64,000 nucleotides of DNA from positions 1 through 64,000 of the forward strand of contig JAQGDQ010000603.1 of assembly GCA_030141605.1 (NCBI GenBank), written 5' to 3'. The notes under the pieces were generated by a model. It did not search any database. It was not told the DNA's origin and saw only the letters and a list, made by a program, of their open reading frames with translations. Of this stretch, positions 13,564 to 27,691 are shown piece by piece. Within the stretch, counting starts at the first letter, position 1. Each line of letters opens with the position of its first letter. The DNA comes from Tubiluchus corallicola. Lineage: Eukaryota; Animalia; Priapulida. The position numbers and the translations under genes were made by a program.

Positions 13564-16500
13564 CCTGGGTGAATGTATCCACTTTATTGGAACGCATGTT
13601 TCCCTTGATAATGTACCCAAACGATGGTTGTTTTGTAACTTCATACACCAAGCCTGTAATTTCAGTATCCTGGTCTTGAGCTCTTAGGACATTGCTGTTA
13701 AGTCTATACCCGAAGATTCCCTCAGCAATTTCAGGCATTGGCATAATGTGCTGGGCTCCCAGATTCACCATTAAAATCGGTGCAAGGTCGTCGACTGGAG
13801 ATATCAGAATTTTCACGGGCTGCGGGAGGAAACTTTTTCCTGTAAAATCAGGATAAGCATAAAAGCTGGCATGACTTTCGTCGTTGACCACAAACGAAAA
13901 TGAATCTTCTTTAGTCTCAGAACCATCGTGCTGATATGTGATCTTATTGTTAAGCACGTCTTCCATAGTAAAAAAACTGACTTCTTTTTTATCATTGTAC
14001 AATATAGAACCGTAAATTGGAGATTGGGTAATTGTGACACTGAGTTTATCAACAGGCGTGTCTATGTCTTCAATGTTCAGCTCAAAAGATGATATTAATG
14101 CAAAACCACTTTCTACACACATTATGTCTTCATATGACACAACTGGTAACCTATTACCATCGTCTGATATAATTATCTTTAAGACTGTTTTTTGAACTTC
14201 ATATTGATTCAGTACAGCTAATTCAAAACTGTCCAAACTTGTGTCACCGGGATTGGTGGGCACATAAGAAATTTTGCTTTTTATCGCGTCCGAAATGCTA
14301 AATGAAGTCAGTGCAACGCCTTTTTGGTCAGCCGATTCCAAGTAGCCCTTCTGAGGTTGTCTGACGACTGTGCATGTCAGATTTTCTTTTTGTGAGAAAA
14401 GATTTGTGGCTGTAAGAATTTCCTTTTTTACTAAAGTTTTGGCTTGCTCTGATAAAGGTAATCTTTTCTGGATAACTTTAGGAAAGACAATATCAGAACT
14501 CTCTATTGTGACATAAAAATGACAATGGCTGAACACGTTAATGCCATCAGTTATGTTGAACTTAAACACGTCTCGTCCTGCTGATCCCAAACTTTTAAAC
14601 TGAATCATACCAAAACTGACATCAGCCTGTGTGAAGTTACTGCCTTCAGTAAAATTTAAAACCACAGCCCCTGAACGCCTGTCAATCTTTTGTAGGTAAC
14701 CTCTCCTTGGAGCTTCTTCCACAACAAATGTAAGAAACATATCGTCAGAATCGGCATCGGTGGCCTGCAAGTCTGTACTTGATATTGTTTTACGCTCATG
14801 GATTTTCATCAGAATACCTTCGTTGGTAACAAGTTGGGGACGTTCATCATTTATTGATACAATTAAGACATCAACAAGATCTCTGGTAATATGTTTACCA
14901 TCACTGAGTTCAATGCCAAATTGGTCCCTTGTTGTTTCGCTACCATCATGTTTATAGACAATGACGTCAGCAGTTAGTACATCTTTTAATGTGAATACCG
15001 AACAGGGTACGTATTCATTTCCAACGAACTTTAGCAAATTTCCGTGCAGGGGTGAAAGAGTTACCGCAAATGTCAAGGACTGTGCAGCTGGCAGGTCCTG
15101 GTCTGAGACATTCAGCAGAGATGCATCAATGCTCAGAGACTCTCCTTCTTCAACAGAAAACTGCCCTACAAGAAGAAGTGGAGGTTCGTCATTAACTGGT
15201 TCTATTGCAATTGAGAAGTTGCACGTTTCTGACAGATGAAGCCCATCTGAACAGTAAAACAAAAAACTATCACTAGATGGCTCTTCTCCTTGATTGATAC
15301 TCTGGACATAATTGATGACACTTTGTCTTAACTCAGTGTAGGTAAAACTGCTTATTGGTTTTCCACGTCCTGCACTTCGCGAATCCGAGATAGGCAGTAT
15401 ATTTTCTAAATAACCATAGCTTGGCTGTTCGATGATGGTGCAAGTTATAACATCTAATAGCGTATCTGGATCGCTTATGAAAATATCGAATGTGGTCAAT
15501 GTTTGACTTTCACCTTCTGGTACGCTAAAGTTTTTCACAACTATTACATTTGGAGGAATGTTGTCTACTGGCAAAATCACAATGTCGATGATCATTTCTC
15601 GGCTTTCAGTAATATTGTCAAAACCGTCTGCATCAATCAGCTTTAATATAATTTTGTCATGGTCAGGAAGCAACCCAACATCTTCTCCTGTATGATGATA
15701 GATGACGTGTTCTAATCGTAATGTACTTTGATCAAATGTACTAATTGAACTACCATTGATTTTCAATGTACCCTTACTAGGTGGTTGAACAACAACAAAA
15801 TTTAATTGCGAGTCATATGTGTCAATATCTTCACTGTTAATTAGATTCTTGAAAACATTTACAGAGTCGTTCTCCTGCACTTCGACATTCAGGTCGTCAA
15901 CTCCAGTTGTCCTTTTATTACGTACAATTGTTGACTGGGTATTGCAGTTACAAGGCAGAACTTTTACTCGCACAAGAGCAGGAATTCTGTGAATTCCATC
16001 TGAAACTACGACAGAGAACCTGTCATCATTATCGTCGTTAAGAGATCCATTGTGCGTATAAAAAATATGCTTTTGTTCTAAGTCATTTTTTGAAAAAGTT
16101 TGTCCAGCTTTCATAAGATGCCCAGTAAGTAAGAGAAACCCATTTTGAGGTACTAATGACAGAATGAAGACAAGATCACTGGGAGATGTATCATCATCAA
16201 AAACATCTAATATGTTATTATCAATGATGTTGAACCCATTTTCTTTCACACTAAACCCGGTGCTTTTCACAACAGGTGGCTTATTGTTAACAGGATAAAG
16301 ACGTATTTGGAAACTCAGATTTTCTATAGAATTATTGGCAGAATCTGTCACTGCAAACTCAAAGTAAGCAACGTTAAATACAAAACGTGGTATAAATTTG
16401 TCATCTTCATCTGGTGGTTCATATGATATTTGTCTGCGATTGATATCCAACTGAGTAAAGCGAGTGATTTCCATCCTTGGGTGCTCCGTCCTGATTATTT

Positions 16501-18487
16501 TACCCATGGAAGAGTTTGCAGTCTTGCTGTAAGGACCCTTTACCAATGAGAAAGCAATATTTTCATCTGTTCCGTCTGTATCTACAAAGCACAACTCAGT
16601 TCTAGAAAGAGGCGTGGTCTGGTAATCATAAACGAAAAGTTTTTGCGAAGCGTTTTTGCATCGTTTTGGGGGATTTTTGTCAATAGGAAGGACAGTCATA
16701 GTAAACGCGTACGGCGGGGAAATTTCGAGGGTTGGACTTTCACTCTGTAGAACGAATGTAACGATATCAATTATAGACGCTTCACTGAGTTTGTTATGCT
16801 GATGGCAGTAATGCAATCTTCCGAGCGAGACATCAGATTGCTTCCAGCGATACACTTTCCTATCAAAACTATCATATTCAGATGACTTTAGGAAGAAGTG
16901 GCCAAATTTTGTGTACGGCTTAATTAAAACGAACTCTACATCTGCATCATTAGAATTTATAGCAACAGCTGCAAGCATGCCCGAGGTAATCTGCACACTC
17001 CCTCCGTGGAAAACAGCAGCGCCAAGGTTGTTTGTGAGAACAGGATGTCCAACTTCAGCTGATATCGTAACAGGAAATAAAAACTCTGCTACATGTTGCC
17101 TATCGGAGACATTAAAAATGATGTTGTCAGTAGCAGCATCGTCACCATTATGCAAGTATGCAACTTGTCCTGCATCAAGCTCTTCATAGGTAAACATTGT
17201 TTTGGGTTCCATCTGCACCATTAGTGTCCCGTGGGTCAGGCCAGACATGACTCCCAGCGTCACATCATTGATATTGTCCTTGTCATCTATTTTTAAATTT
17301 TTATTACTGCATAAAATCTGAGCCCTTCCTTTGCGAACAGTTAATCCCGTGTTGGTTAATATGATAGGGGCTAAACTGGTTAAAGGATTTACAACAATAA
17401 CAAGTGTGAAAGGCTCTGACACTGCACCATTGGTGTCAATAACCACAAGCTTAGCTTGCAATACCTTTTTTCTGTCACCGTTGAAGCCTGAAGGTTTAAA
17501 TGCAATTAAGCGGTCTGAAACACTTTTCTGATAAAAGAATTTGATCGAAGTATTGTCCTCGTCAGTATGAATCATCGAACCATATCTGACATCGAACGAT
17601 TCGGTAATGTTGAAAATGAGTAAATCCGACGAATCTTCAATGTCACATGCAGATAAGATTTTGGAAGTAATGGCAGTAGTTGCAAATTGGTTGACTTCTA
17701 GGTGAAGTGAGGCGTCATCATTTAACCTTGGTGGGTTGTTTCTACCTCCGCCCACCGTTTCAACATTTACGTATATGTATTCGTGCTCTGATTTCCCATC
17801 TTGCAAATTAGTTATTTGCACTTCAAGTGGAATAAAATCGACATTGTTTGTGTCATTGAGGGCAGTGTGCTCATAGGTAGTATTGCTTGTCACAAACTTA
17901 TTACATTCAAGGTATTGGGCGTCCACATTCTTTAGAACACCAGCACGAGGGAAAAGATCACCTCCAAAACGATTTCCATTTAATTTAACCAAACAAAAAT
18001 GCGTTTTGCGATTGTACTTAAACTCTAGTACATCTTTGTCAATTTCAGCACTTTCATTAAATTTTACACGCAGCGGTTTTTTAACGTAGACAAACTTGTG
18101 CTGTACTGACGTTTCTATCTTCACGTTCATCAGGAATGACTTTACCAACGACTTATTGCTGGAATCAACTCTTAACTGTCCACGAATTTGGTCCTGATCA
18201 ACATGAGGAAAACCGTAGTGAGAGTAGGTCACCTGTTTGGGTTCAAAATCACACGGAAACCATACCGGTGACAATTTGCCCACAAATTGGAAAGCAGGAA
18301 CTTTATGCAGATGTATAAAGCACGTGTCATTGCTGTACTTTGCAGCTACCGGCAAGTTTCTTCGGGAGAGGTGCACAGTTCCTCCTAGCGGCACGGTAAG
18401 CCAATTATTCTGTGAAACCAGGTAGTCAGAAGCAGAAATGGTAGTGATTGAAACAAACACAATAATTATCACATTAACACGAAGCAT
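13564..18487 (-). CDS. FREM2: FREM2/ECM3-like (FRAS1/FREM family) ECM protein, giant coding exon 1: signal peptide, N-terminal Frem domain, tandem CSPG (cadherin-like) repeats
   Basis: Long stop-free frame. ATG 18487 opens a signal peptide (MLRVNVIIIVFVSITTISAS). Repeated CSPG motifs (FTQxDI, YxHDGSETxxDxF, SDGxH, PVNDEPP). Ends CAG G|GTGAGT donor. Upstream in-frame ATGs exist at 18520 and 18628. Exact paralog (FREM2 vs FREM3/ECM3) not resolvable. Confidence 0.93.
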
Positions 18488-18914
18488 GCTGCCTCGCTTA
18501 ACCCTGCTGCAGCTCTGCATGCACACACGCTGGAATAAAACCAGACTGCACTTTGCATAAAAACGTGCAACGGGATTTTTACAACTTCTTAACGCATGTG
18601 CCCCGGCTTCTCGTAAAAGTGACGTCATGTCGGGCGCTTGAACTCGCAGCGCTTTGGAATCCCGAAGGAAAGGAAAGCCGTGTTTCAATGTCAAGTTGAA
18701 CTCTAACAATGATGATGATAGACTGTCCTATATATTAAGAAGTCTGGAAAACCATAAGCAAGGACAAACGGTGAACAATAATGTTCGTTAAAAATGATGA
18801 TGTTGCAGAACGGAGGTGCTGCACCATTGATGCGAATTGTTAATTTTAGCTAATCCTAGCAATTGCGATCGGTTAAACTTACTTAATATTTCATTCACCT
18901 GGAATCAAGGCTGG

Positions 18915-19612
18915 CAGTACGTTACGGTACGGCACGAAATTACGGTACAGCACGGAAAAAATGCTTAAAAGTACGGTACGAAATGATGGTACGGTACGGA
19001 AAAAATGCTTAAAAGTACGGCACGAAATGATGCTTAAAAGTACAGTGCGGTAAAATAGTTAAAAGTACAGTACGGAAAAAATGCTAAAAAGTACGGTACG
19101 GAAAAATGGTTAAAAGTACGGTACGAGAGTATGGTACGGTACGGAAAAAATGCTTAAAAGTACGGTACGAGATTATGGTACGGTACGGAAAAAATGCTTA
19201 AAAGTACGGTACGAAATTTTGGTACGGTACGGAAAAAATGCTTAAAAGTACGGTACGAAATTGCGGTACGGTACGGAAAAATGCTTAAAAGTACGGTACG
19301 AGATTATGGTACGGTACAGAAAAAATGCTTAAAATTACGGTACGAAATTGTGGTACGGTACGGAAAAAATGCTTAAAAGTACGGTACGAAATTGCGGTAC
19401 GGTACGGAAAAAATGCTAAAAAGTACGGTACGGAAAAAATGCTTAAAATTATGGTACGAAATTGTGGTACGGTACGGAAAAAATGCTTAAAAGTACGGTA
19501 CGAAATTGTGGTACGGTACGGAAAAAATGCTTAAAAGTACGGTACGAAAAAATGGTTAAAAGTACGGTACGGAAAAATGCTTAAAAGTGCGGTACGAAAT
19601 TACGGTACGGTA
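18915..19612. repeat. GGTAC-rich ~44-bp tandem array just upstream of the FREM gene
   Basis: Unit GGAAAAAATGCTTAAAAGTACGGTACGAAATTGTGGTACGGTAC with truncated variants. Confidence 0.92.
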
Positions 19613-20126
19613 TTTTTTCAACAGAATGGTACAGTACTAGTGTGGCTTTTGTAATCTAAAATAAATAGTATGAAAGTTCTAGTACGCAGTATTAGGTTAT
19701 TAGATTAGAGTATTAGATTATTGGCAGTGTTAGATTACTTAAAAATGCACTTTTCTCTACCCAGCAAATACATCGCAGTTCATTTGGTTGATTTCTTGGC
19801 AAATAGGCGCATGCATGAAACCTCAATCCAGTCTTTCCTTGTACCAGTCAGTCTAGCTGTGTATTTGAAATGCGGGTATCAAATATATAAACTAACAACA
19901 GTGTGATGCAAGCTGCGTTCTCGAGAGTGATTCGCGGCTTCTAAACTAAAGATACGTAATACTCTTCGGAAGTTTGGATGTTCAAAGAAATTCTGTTTAC
20001 TCCTCCTAGCTGGCAGCAGAAGAACGATAATGGGAAAACAAGGAGAACAAAGTCACTGGAAAGTAAAAAAACGAGCTTTATGGTGCAGAAATTTCCCATA
20101 GAGAAAAATGTTGGTTGTAACATTAA

Positions 20127-20590
20127 AGGACAAGAAAAGGGGTACATGAAGTTGGTTTCAGAAAAATCGCCTTAAAAATGATATTACTTTATAGCAATTT
20201 TATGCGTATATCTTACTCGCACTGAAAGGAATTTTAGTTTGTTCTCATTTTAAATCTCCCGCAATACTGTTCCGAAGTCTCCATTTTATGACGTCAGGTA
20301 CCAAATGTAAATGAAGGGAAGAGAAAGCCATGTTAAGTTATATCTCAAAAGACTCCGTGCAAATCTATATTACTTAGATTTTCGCTTACCTACTAGAAAG
20401 ACTTATGTAACTAGAAAAGAAAATTATTAATTATTTAAAATGTTTTCACCAATTGGTGAAATGTCACTGACTCACACTCCAGGGCGCACCACTCAGTGAC
20501 CAAAAACGTATTTTTAATCATATTGACAAGATACAGTAATTTTAAAGGGTTTTCTTGTGCTTTAAGCCCTGGCTTAAACTTTTGCATCAC
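20127..20590 (+). mobile_element. TTAA-AGG-headed DNA element family 3, partial copy
   Basis: TTAA|AGGACAAGAAAAGGGG.. shared with 41740-42180; reverse-complement pieces at 56590-57310. Right end approximate. Confidence 0.7.
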
Positions 20591-21090
20591 TTTAACAAAA
20601 TTCACGCATTATTGCAGACTGCGCAATCGCTGAGCGATATTAAAAAAACACGACTTGAATTGAGTAGTTGAACATTATTTTCCACCATATGTATACACGC
20701 AAACTTTTAACACAAAGCGCGAGGCATATAAATTGAAAGTGCATTTCCTTATACACAAAGTAAGAGGTGAACTAGCTTCCATTAGTTCAACAATACGTAT
20801 TTCTAGCAGATGGCGACACCACCTCTTATTTATTTATTTATTACTGTTTATTTATTTTGACATTTATACATATATTAAAATTGTATAAAAGAAAGAATTA
20901 GCGGCGCATGCGCATTAGAAAACATAAAATATGCACGAAAATAAAATTTCTAAAAACAGTAAGCTAAAATTGAATATCTCTTATTAAAAAGTTCCTAGTA
21001 AATTGCACCTAAATGTGAATTATATACTATATACAACACGCTTTATACAATAATACGATTCGGAGAGAATCAATTACGCCAATGGCAATG

Positions 21091-21330
21091 TTACATGTTT
21101 CGGATAAAGTTGCAATAGGGCAGTAAATTAACATCAGTTAATCTTTTAGTGAAAACTGACAAATTGGTAGCGAGAATTACATGAGAGTACAGAGCATTCC
21201 AAATATTTACAACTCTGTCAGCCAATGAAAATTTTGATGCGTTTAATATCGAGAAAGACGTAAACAGTTTAAAGTTGTGATCACGCAAGTGATTGGTTGA
21301 AGCATAAAGGAAAAATCATCAAAACTTAAG
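21091..21330 (-). mobile_element. CR1-like LINE 3' remnant
   Basis: RDHNFKL..FSLADRVVNIWNAL is the CR1 ORF2 C-terminal signature. Confidence 0.65.
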
Positions 21331-21429
21331 CGTGCAATGCCCAAAGTAGTGGCATCTATCGACAAAAAAGCGAACGTCAAAAACTGATATCTCTTTAAAA
21401 ACTTTGGCAATAGACTTCATGCTACTAAC

Positions 21430-22068
21430 TAGTTAATCTTGCATCTTATATTGTTAATCGCATCACAAATCAAACCTCTACAACAGAATTAAGAACAATG
21501 TTCAAAATCCCAATTTTACAAGCACATAAAGACTTCTACACAATCCTCTTTTTATATAAATACATCAACAATATTAACACGCCCTTCATCAAAAATAAGC
21601 TTCCACTCCTCTTGGAGCCAACATTAAATCCAAGAACACACAATATTAAACAAATACGCACTAATAACAAATACGGCAACAATTCTATCACTAAACAAGG
21701 AGTTCAACTTTGGAGTACCCTACCATCAAATTTAAAACAAATCAAGTCGACGAATTCAAATCAAAATAAACATACATACATTAAATCGTTTTGAAAACCC
21801 TACATACGTAAACGATAATATATATTCATCCGCAAATTTTATTTACCCACGTCCATTTTAAATTATATGCATATATTGTATATAGTCTATTATAATTTCC
21901 GTGTAACATTATAATGTATATTTTATTTTAAATTTTTGGCACAATAGTTCCTAGTTTGCACTGGACGCATTTGCCTTTAACAGTTGTGTGAATTTTATTC
22001 TCATGCTGCGATGTTCTTTTATGCTTTTATAGTTATGAAAATCGATTTTTTATGGCAAATAAAGATTA
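21430..22068 (+). mobile_element. L2/Crack-like LINE 3' remnant with 3'UTR
   Basis: YGNNSITKQGVQLWSTLP motif; 3'UTR TGCACTGGACGCATTTG..AATAAAG recurs at ~46666-46770 (+) and ~39702-39820 (-). Confidence 0.65.
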
Positions 22069-22071
22069 CCA

Positions 22072-22293
<222 letters not shown>

Positions 22294-22954
22294 ATGAAGC
22301 TTAAATGAAATGTCTCACTAGCTCGAACTTTAGCCTTTTACACTGAACTTAAGTAAAAGTTAAGGAATGAAGGACAAAGTCGATCAAGATTTCCATTTGT
22401 TTTATTTCATCTCTGACCCACAATGGTGGCATTGAAACGTAGCTATAAAGAAACCTGCAGCCCTGAGCTGTTTTTGTTAAGATATTTTTTGTTTAGTCAA
22501 TGTAAACATGATGGATGGTACAAGTTAATGGACTGTAAACCGGAACAACTCGATAACGCAGCTGCCAGTAAGTGTGAAAATATTTTCCCAACAGACACGT
22601 ACGCCACAAAACACGTCACTTAACGGTAGACATCCATATAATCAGGTTTAGTGTAGTTTTGCACTGAGGTAAACAAATCACTTAATGTTGGAGCATTTGG
22701 TCAAGCATCATCCTTTCCCAGTTAATTTAGAAGGCTGAAGTTTTATCCCAAGGAAAGATTTTCATTTAACAGAACCTATTAATGCCTTAAATTCCAATAG
22801 GGTCGACTATAATGACTAATTTTGTTAACGATATCAATCATGTGTTATTGTTTAATCCACTTGTTTGGGGTATACATAAAATTAAGTATAAGAGCCTAAT
22901 TATTATGGATTATCAATGGTTGTCTATTCTGGCTGTTTAAAGTGGCGTTTAGCA

Positions 22955-23480
22955 GACATCCGGAATGCGTATGCGTTATGCGTTCGCATTACAGATTTAG
23001 ATTTAATAGATTTATTTCGCAATAAACATATACATATACATTACATGTGCATCGATAATCAGTTTTTTGTTAATACAAAAAGTATGGTTAATACAATTCA
23101 TGAATTCTGCGCTAGAGACCTAAGAAGCTAGCTTATGGTAGGCCACTAGAATTAGCTACGAAAAAAATTACAATATATACAGATACAATATTACAATATA
23201 TACAAATATAAATACGGGTGGGAAGTAATAAAAATATTATTATACTAGAGGGGAAGTTTTTGAAAATGAAAAACAACAAATCATGATTGAGTGATCAGTT
23301 ATATGTTTCAAGTAAATTTGATTTATAATTTTTTTAAATATGGACAGATAAAAATCAGTTTATATATGTATATATATTCAATGTACCCGTATATCAGATC
23401 TGCGTTATAGTTTCTGCAGCTATTTTCTATTGATTTTTATACGCAGATATTTCGCAGATGGATAACGCATTCCGGATGTC
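22955..23480. mobile_element. short-TIR element
   Basis: GACATCCGGAATGCGT at left and ACGCATTCCGGATGTC at right are exact inverted repeats. Confidence 0.5.
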
Positions 23481-26303
23481 AGGTAATTTAAACGCAACTT
23501 AAGTCAGACATGAAGTAGAAAGCTAGAAAGCAGGAACTTTCAGCTCTTAATTACGAAAATCTTGTCTGAAATGAAAATTGCAGCTCTTAAGGTAAGTTGG
23601 ATAAGGATGAAGCAATAATACTCCTAATTTGTTCAAGCAAAATGTCTTCAGGCACATGAAATTTACTTACCATATTAATAAAATGAAACAGTCATCAAAA
23701 TATAATGCTATTAAAGTATAGTCATCAGTTTCGCGTGAAATGAAAACTCTTAATCTTTATCAATTTAAAAAAGCGTCAAAGAATTACTTACTACAACGGT
23801 ATAATTAACTCACAATTTTACTCACCCTGATCTTAAGTTACTAACAAAACTTATTTTGTTCTAATGTACGTTATAACTGATGAAAATACTATGTAATGTT
23901 AATTGTCAATTGTTCCACTTATCTGGAGGAGGACTCGAAAGCATAATGCTCCTTCCCTCGCCCTTTGTATTATTTTTGAGCAGAATCCAGAGTGCTTCGT
24001 CATCTCATGAGCCGAATCTTCACAAGCCACTCTTCCTACCCTTTTGAACATTCTTTTATCCATCACTTCTATCCTTACTTTGCACAACTCTTTTTTTAAA
24101 TTGCCTAAAAACCTTCGGTTTTTTTGTTCTTTTTTCTCATTTTTTGGACGTGTTTACAATGGTGCAAGCACCTAACAAGTTTTACTTCTGGTTCTTGCCA
24201 TTTACTATATGCACGCTGTCATATAATCTTTATTATTAATATCTATTTTTTACCAGTGTTTCTTGATATTGTATTTGTATTTACACTTCCAAATAAATTT
24301 ATTATTATTATTATTACAGTGACTCGTTATATTTTATTTTATAATGTAACAACAATTTGTATGTCTGTTGATATGTTGCTGTGGAATAAATTTATAATTC
24401 ATAATACTTAGCTTTGAATTCTCTATTGTTTAGATGGTAAGTATCTACACACTAGCTTTCATCAGATTTTATTTAAAAAGGAAGATTTTAAAGTATATAG
24501 TGGTGGGGCATCAGTTTTATTTTCATAATCGATTAATCCGATACGAAATCGATTTGGTAATCAATTACAACCGGATTTCAAGCATAAAAAATTAGTAAAT
24601 TCAAAATTTTTATCAAATACCTTTTTGAGTGCAACAGGTTTGCTATCTTAATCAATGTTGTTTTAATTACAGTGTTGGTAGATGGAAAAAGGTATAAAGT
24701 AAGGAATAAGCCCTAAATGAGTTTATTTTATTAGTTTGTAGCTTACAAAACAATCCAACAAAATTGAGTTATTTTTGTTTACAAATTTTGTTAAGAAAGC
24801 AAGCGCACATAAAGCAACAATGTTACCATTTGTTCGTGTTTATCAGAATTATTAATTTTATAGACAATTTAAACTTTTAATTAGTTAGCGTAGAGTATGC
24901 TACAAACGCCCCGATTATTTTTTCAAACTCTACGCAATGTTACCTAAACGTGTATCAATTGACGTACCATTAAAATTTTTGCACTTAATGGTCATCTGGG
25001 GAGTTTAAATTTACAAGTTTTATACAGCGTTGCTGTTACCACAAGCCCCATATGCAATATGCAGCACGTAAGCTGATTAAAAATTTTAAGTAAAAATGCT
25101 TTAAGCATATTTTATATATAAAGCACGTTTTTCTGCACTTTAATCATGTAATGCGACTGACTGTTTCTGTGGAAGTTGGAATTGTACATTGTAGTTAGGT
25201 GCTGCCATCTATGTGCTAATCTTGTTACATTCTACCAGCTGACTTACCTTCAATATAATTGTATGGTCCAGGACCACATACACACTGGTCCGCTCTGTAT
25301 CTAAAATTAATGGTTGTTGTGAAGCCTGTGCAACTCTGCATAGGTCGTTCTATACCTGTATACTGGCTGTGAAACAGGTTTTACTGACTGTTTTTGCTTT
25401 CTACTTTTTGCTCAATGTTCAGTGCAGCAGTTTTGCTACTCATGTTTTCTATAGTGCAATAAACACTTTTCTGTTGTGTGCAGTACAAATATTTGTTATA
25501 GATTTTTGGTTACTATCCATACTTCTCTGTGTCTAAATTCAATCATAACAAAGTGACTGAACAACAACTTCAAAAATGATTTTCACAGTTTCAGGCGTAC
25601 CATATTGAGCAAGGAATGTGTGTTATTGTCACAAGTAAATGAAATCAACACTGAAGAGCTTAATCATGATGGTGATGATTGTGTAAAATGTACCACAAAT
25701 GCAACAAAATGCAATAAAATGCGTAAGTAGATCACAGATAAAAATACAGATTATTAAAGTGTATTGTTCACTGTACAGGTTACTAGTTCCTATATAATAC
25801 AACTCTTATCATATGAAACTTTAGTCACACTACACTGATACTATGTTTTGAACATAAAAATTGATTGAGCGCAGAATATTTTGAAACTTTTCATATACTA
25901 ATAATAATATCCTTAATAATAATAATAATAATAATAATTAATAATAATATGCTAATAATTATTATTAGCACACAAAAGAAAACGGATCTTAAACATTTCT
26001 ACTTGTTCACAAATGTAAAACCTGAGGAACACTGCATAGCAGCATGACGTGTTTACAACAATGTCGTTCTAAAAAGGTTGCCATTAATTTTTGCTTATAG
26101 GGGCAGTAGAAAATATGTACAAAATATGAGAAATGCTATAAATAGCACTGAACACAGGCCATGGTACAATCATTAAGATACAGCCAAAGCTATAGCAAGC
26201 TTTAGTAAGATATAGCAAGCTTGGCATTACAAAGCGGTCGTTTAATACATACACGTCTATGCAAATGTAGACATATTGTTTCGTTAAAATTTTTGGCATT
26301 AAG

Positions 26304-26556
26304 CGAGGTTGGCATTATAAAGGGGGTGGGGGTATTGTAATGAGGTTTGGCATTATAAAGGAGGGGGAGGGTATTGTAACGAGGTTGGCATTATAAAGGA
26401 GGGGGAGGGACGTATTGTAACGAGGTTGGCATTATAAAGGAGGGGGAGGGGTATTGTAACGAGGTTGGCATTATAAAGGAGGGGGAGGGGGTATTGTAAC
26501 GAGGTTTGGCATTATAAAGGAGGGGGAGGGGGGTATTGTAACGAGGTTTGACTGTA
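26304..26556. repeat. ~38-bp G-rich tandem array (~6-7 copies) ending in a pogo/Tc1-like TIR
   Basis: Unit CGAGGTTGGCATTATAAAGGAGGGGGAGGGGTATTGTAA; terminus CGAGGTTTGACTG|TA. Confidence 0.88.
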
Positions 26557-26595
26557 TTTACACAGGTTACTTCAGCTGATAATAGACTAAAGCTC

Positions 26596-27227
26596 TTAAA
26601 TGTAGATTGGATTACTGATCTGAACTTTCTCACTAACAGCATCAGATTTCACTCGAATGCCGCTAGTGTGTGAATCTTGAAAGTAAGAATTTACGTGTTC
26701 TCCGCTTTGTAAGAATGTCGTTAAACGATCACCTGACTGCAGCGTACAGGCCTGCAAATTCGAAATGTCACCACTTTCTAACAAACTATTGCTAGACGGA
26801 TATATAACAGAATTGTGACATTCTACTTCTGTAACCACTTTCACGGGGCTAGCTGCCTTAGGAGGCATTCTGTAACCGATCGTGTTCAAGGTCGAGGCAG
26901 AATAAGATGGACTTAGGTGAAATACTTCGGCTGCAGTGGTTTTAACTCTGTGGGGTTTAATATGAATAGCATCATAAATATTTCCAGTTGAAAGTTTTTT
27001 CTCAACAGAGGACAGTTTATATTTGGAAGCACGAGGCAAATTCTTGGCTTTCCTCACCGTACCACCTGAATATTTGTGATAACGACCTGGCTTTCCCATT
27101 ATCGACGAATTTGTGGAAGTTTTAGCTGTTTTTGTGTTGAAGCAGAAACAGTACACCAAGATTCCTAAACAGCTGACAGAAACGAGCAACACAGCGACAA
27201 TAGTTATGGTTTCCCAAGCAGACAGAC
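26596..27227 (-). CDS. CUB-LDLa receptor A, exon 5/5: TM helix and cytoplasmic tail
   Basis: TTTTGCAG acceptor, phase 1; GLSAWETITIVAVLLVSVSCLGILVYCFCF then a basic Ser/Thr-rich tail to TAA. Confidence 0.85.
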
Positions 27228-27691
27228 CTGCAAAATAATACCCAAACTAACTGCATACGATTGTGCAATATAAGGTGTAATTGTTTTTTCACATACTTCA
27301 CTCTAGTATAGCAAAGTTTTCCACACAGTTCAGTCCAGTATAACGAAGTGTGCTTTAAATTAAAAAAAAGTGATATTATTCACATTTGAATTCTCTAGAC
27401 AAATATTCATATACTGGTAACAAAACAGGAACATTGACTATATGTATAGTTTTACTGCACGCATAAAGATGAGGAAATTCAGCATCCACATTTTTCTTCT
27501 TTAGTTAATGTTGAACGTGATGCTTCAATCACCCTTTTCAAATTATTTCCTCATCTTTATGTACTGTAAAATATATGTAAAATTTCACATTAATAAATTA
27601 TTAGTTAAATACATAAGAATTAAATAATTTTTTATTTAAAATTAAGTTTTTTAAGAGCAACTGCAGAAGAAAAAGAAGCATGATTCCTAGG

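Noticed and set aside
13813-18425. Short antisense or alternative-frame ORFs inside the FREM exon (and 50386-50906 inside the receptor B tail)
   Set aside because: Expected shadow ORFs of real coding sequence.
18488-18709. ORF-track start of the 1717-aa protein at 18709 and end at 13556
   Set aside because: The start is non-ATG and the signal peptide begins at 18487; the ORF end runs through the GTGAGT donor into the intron.
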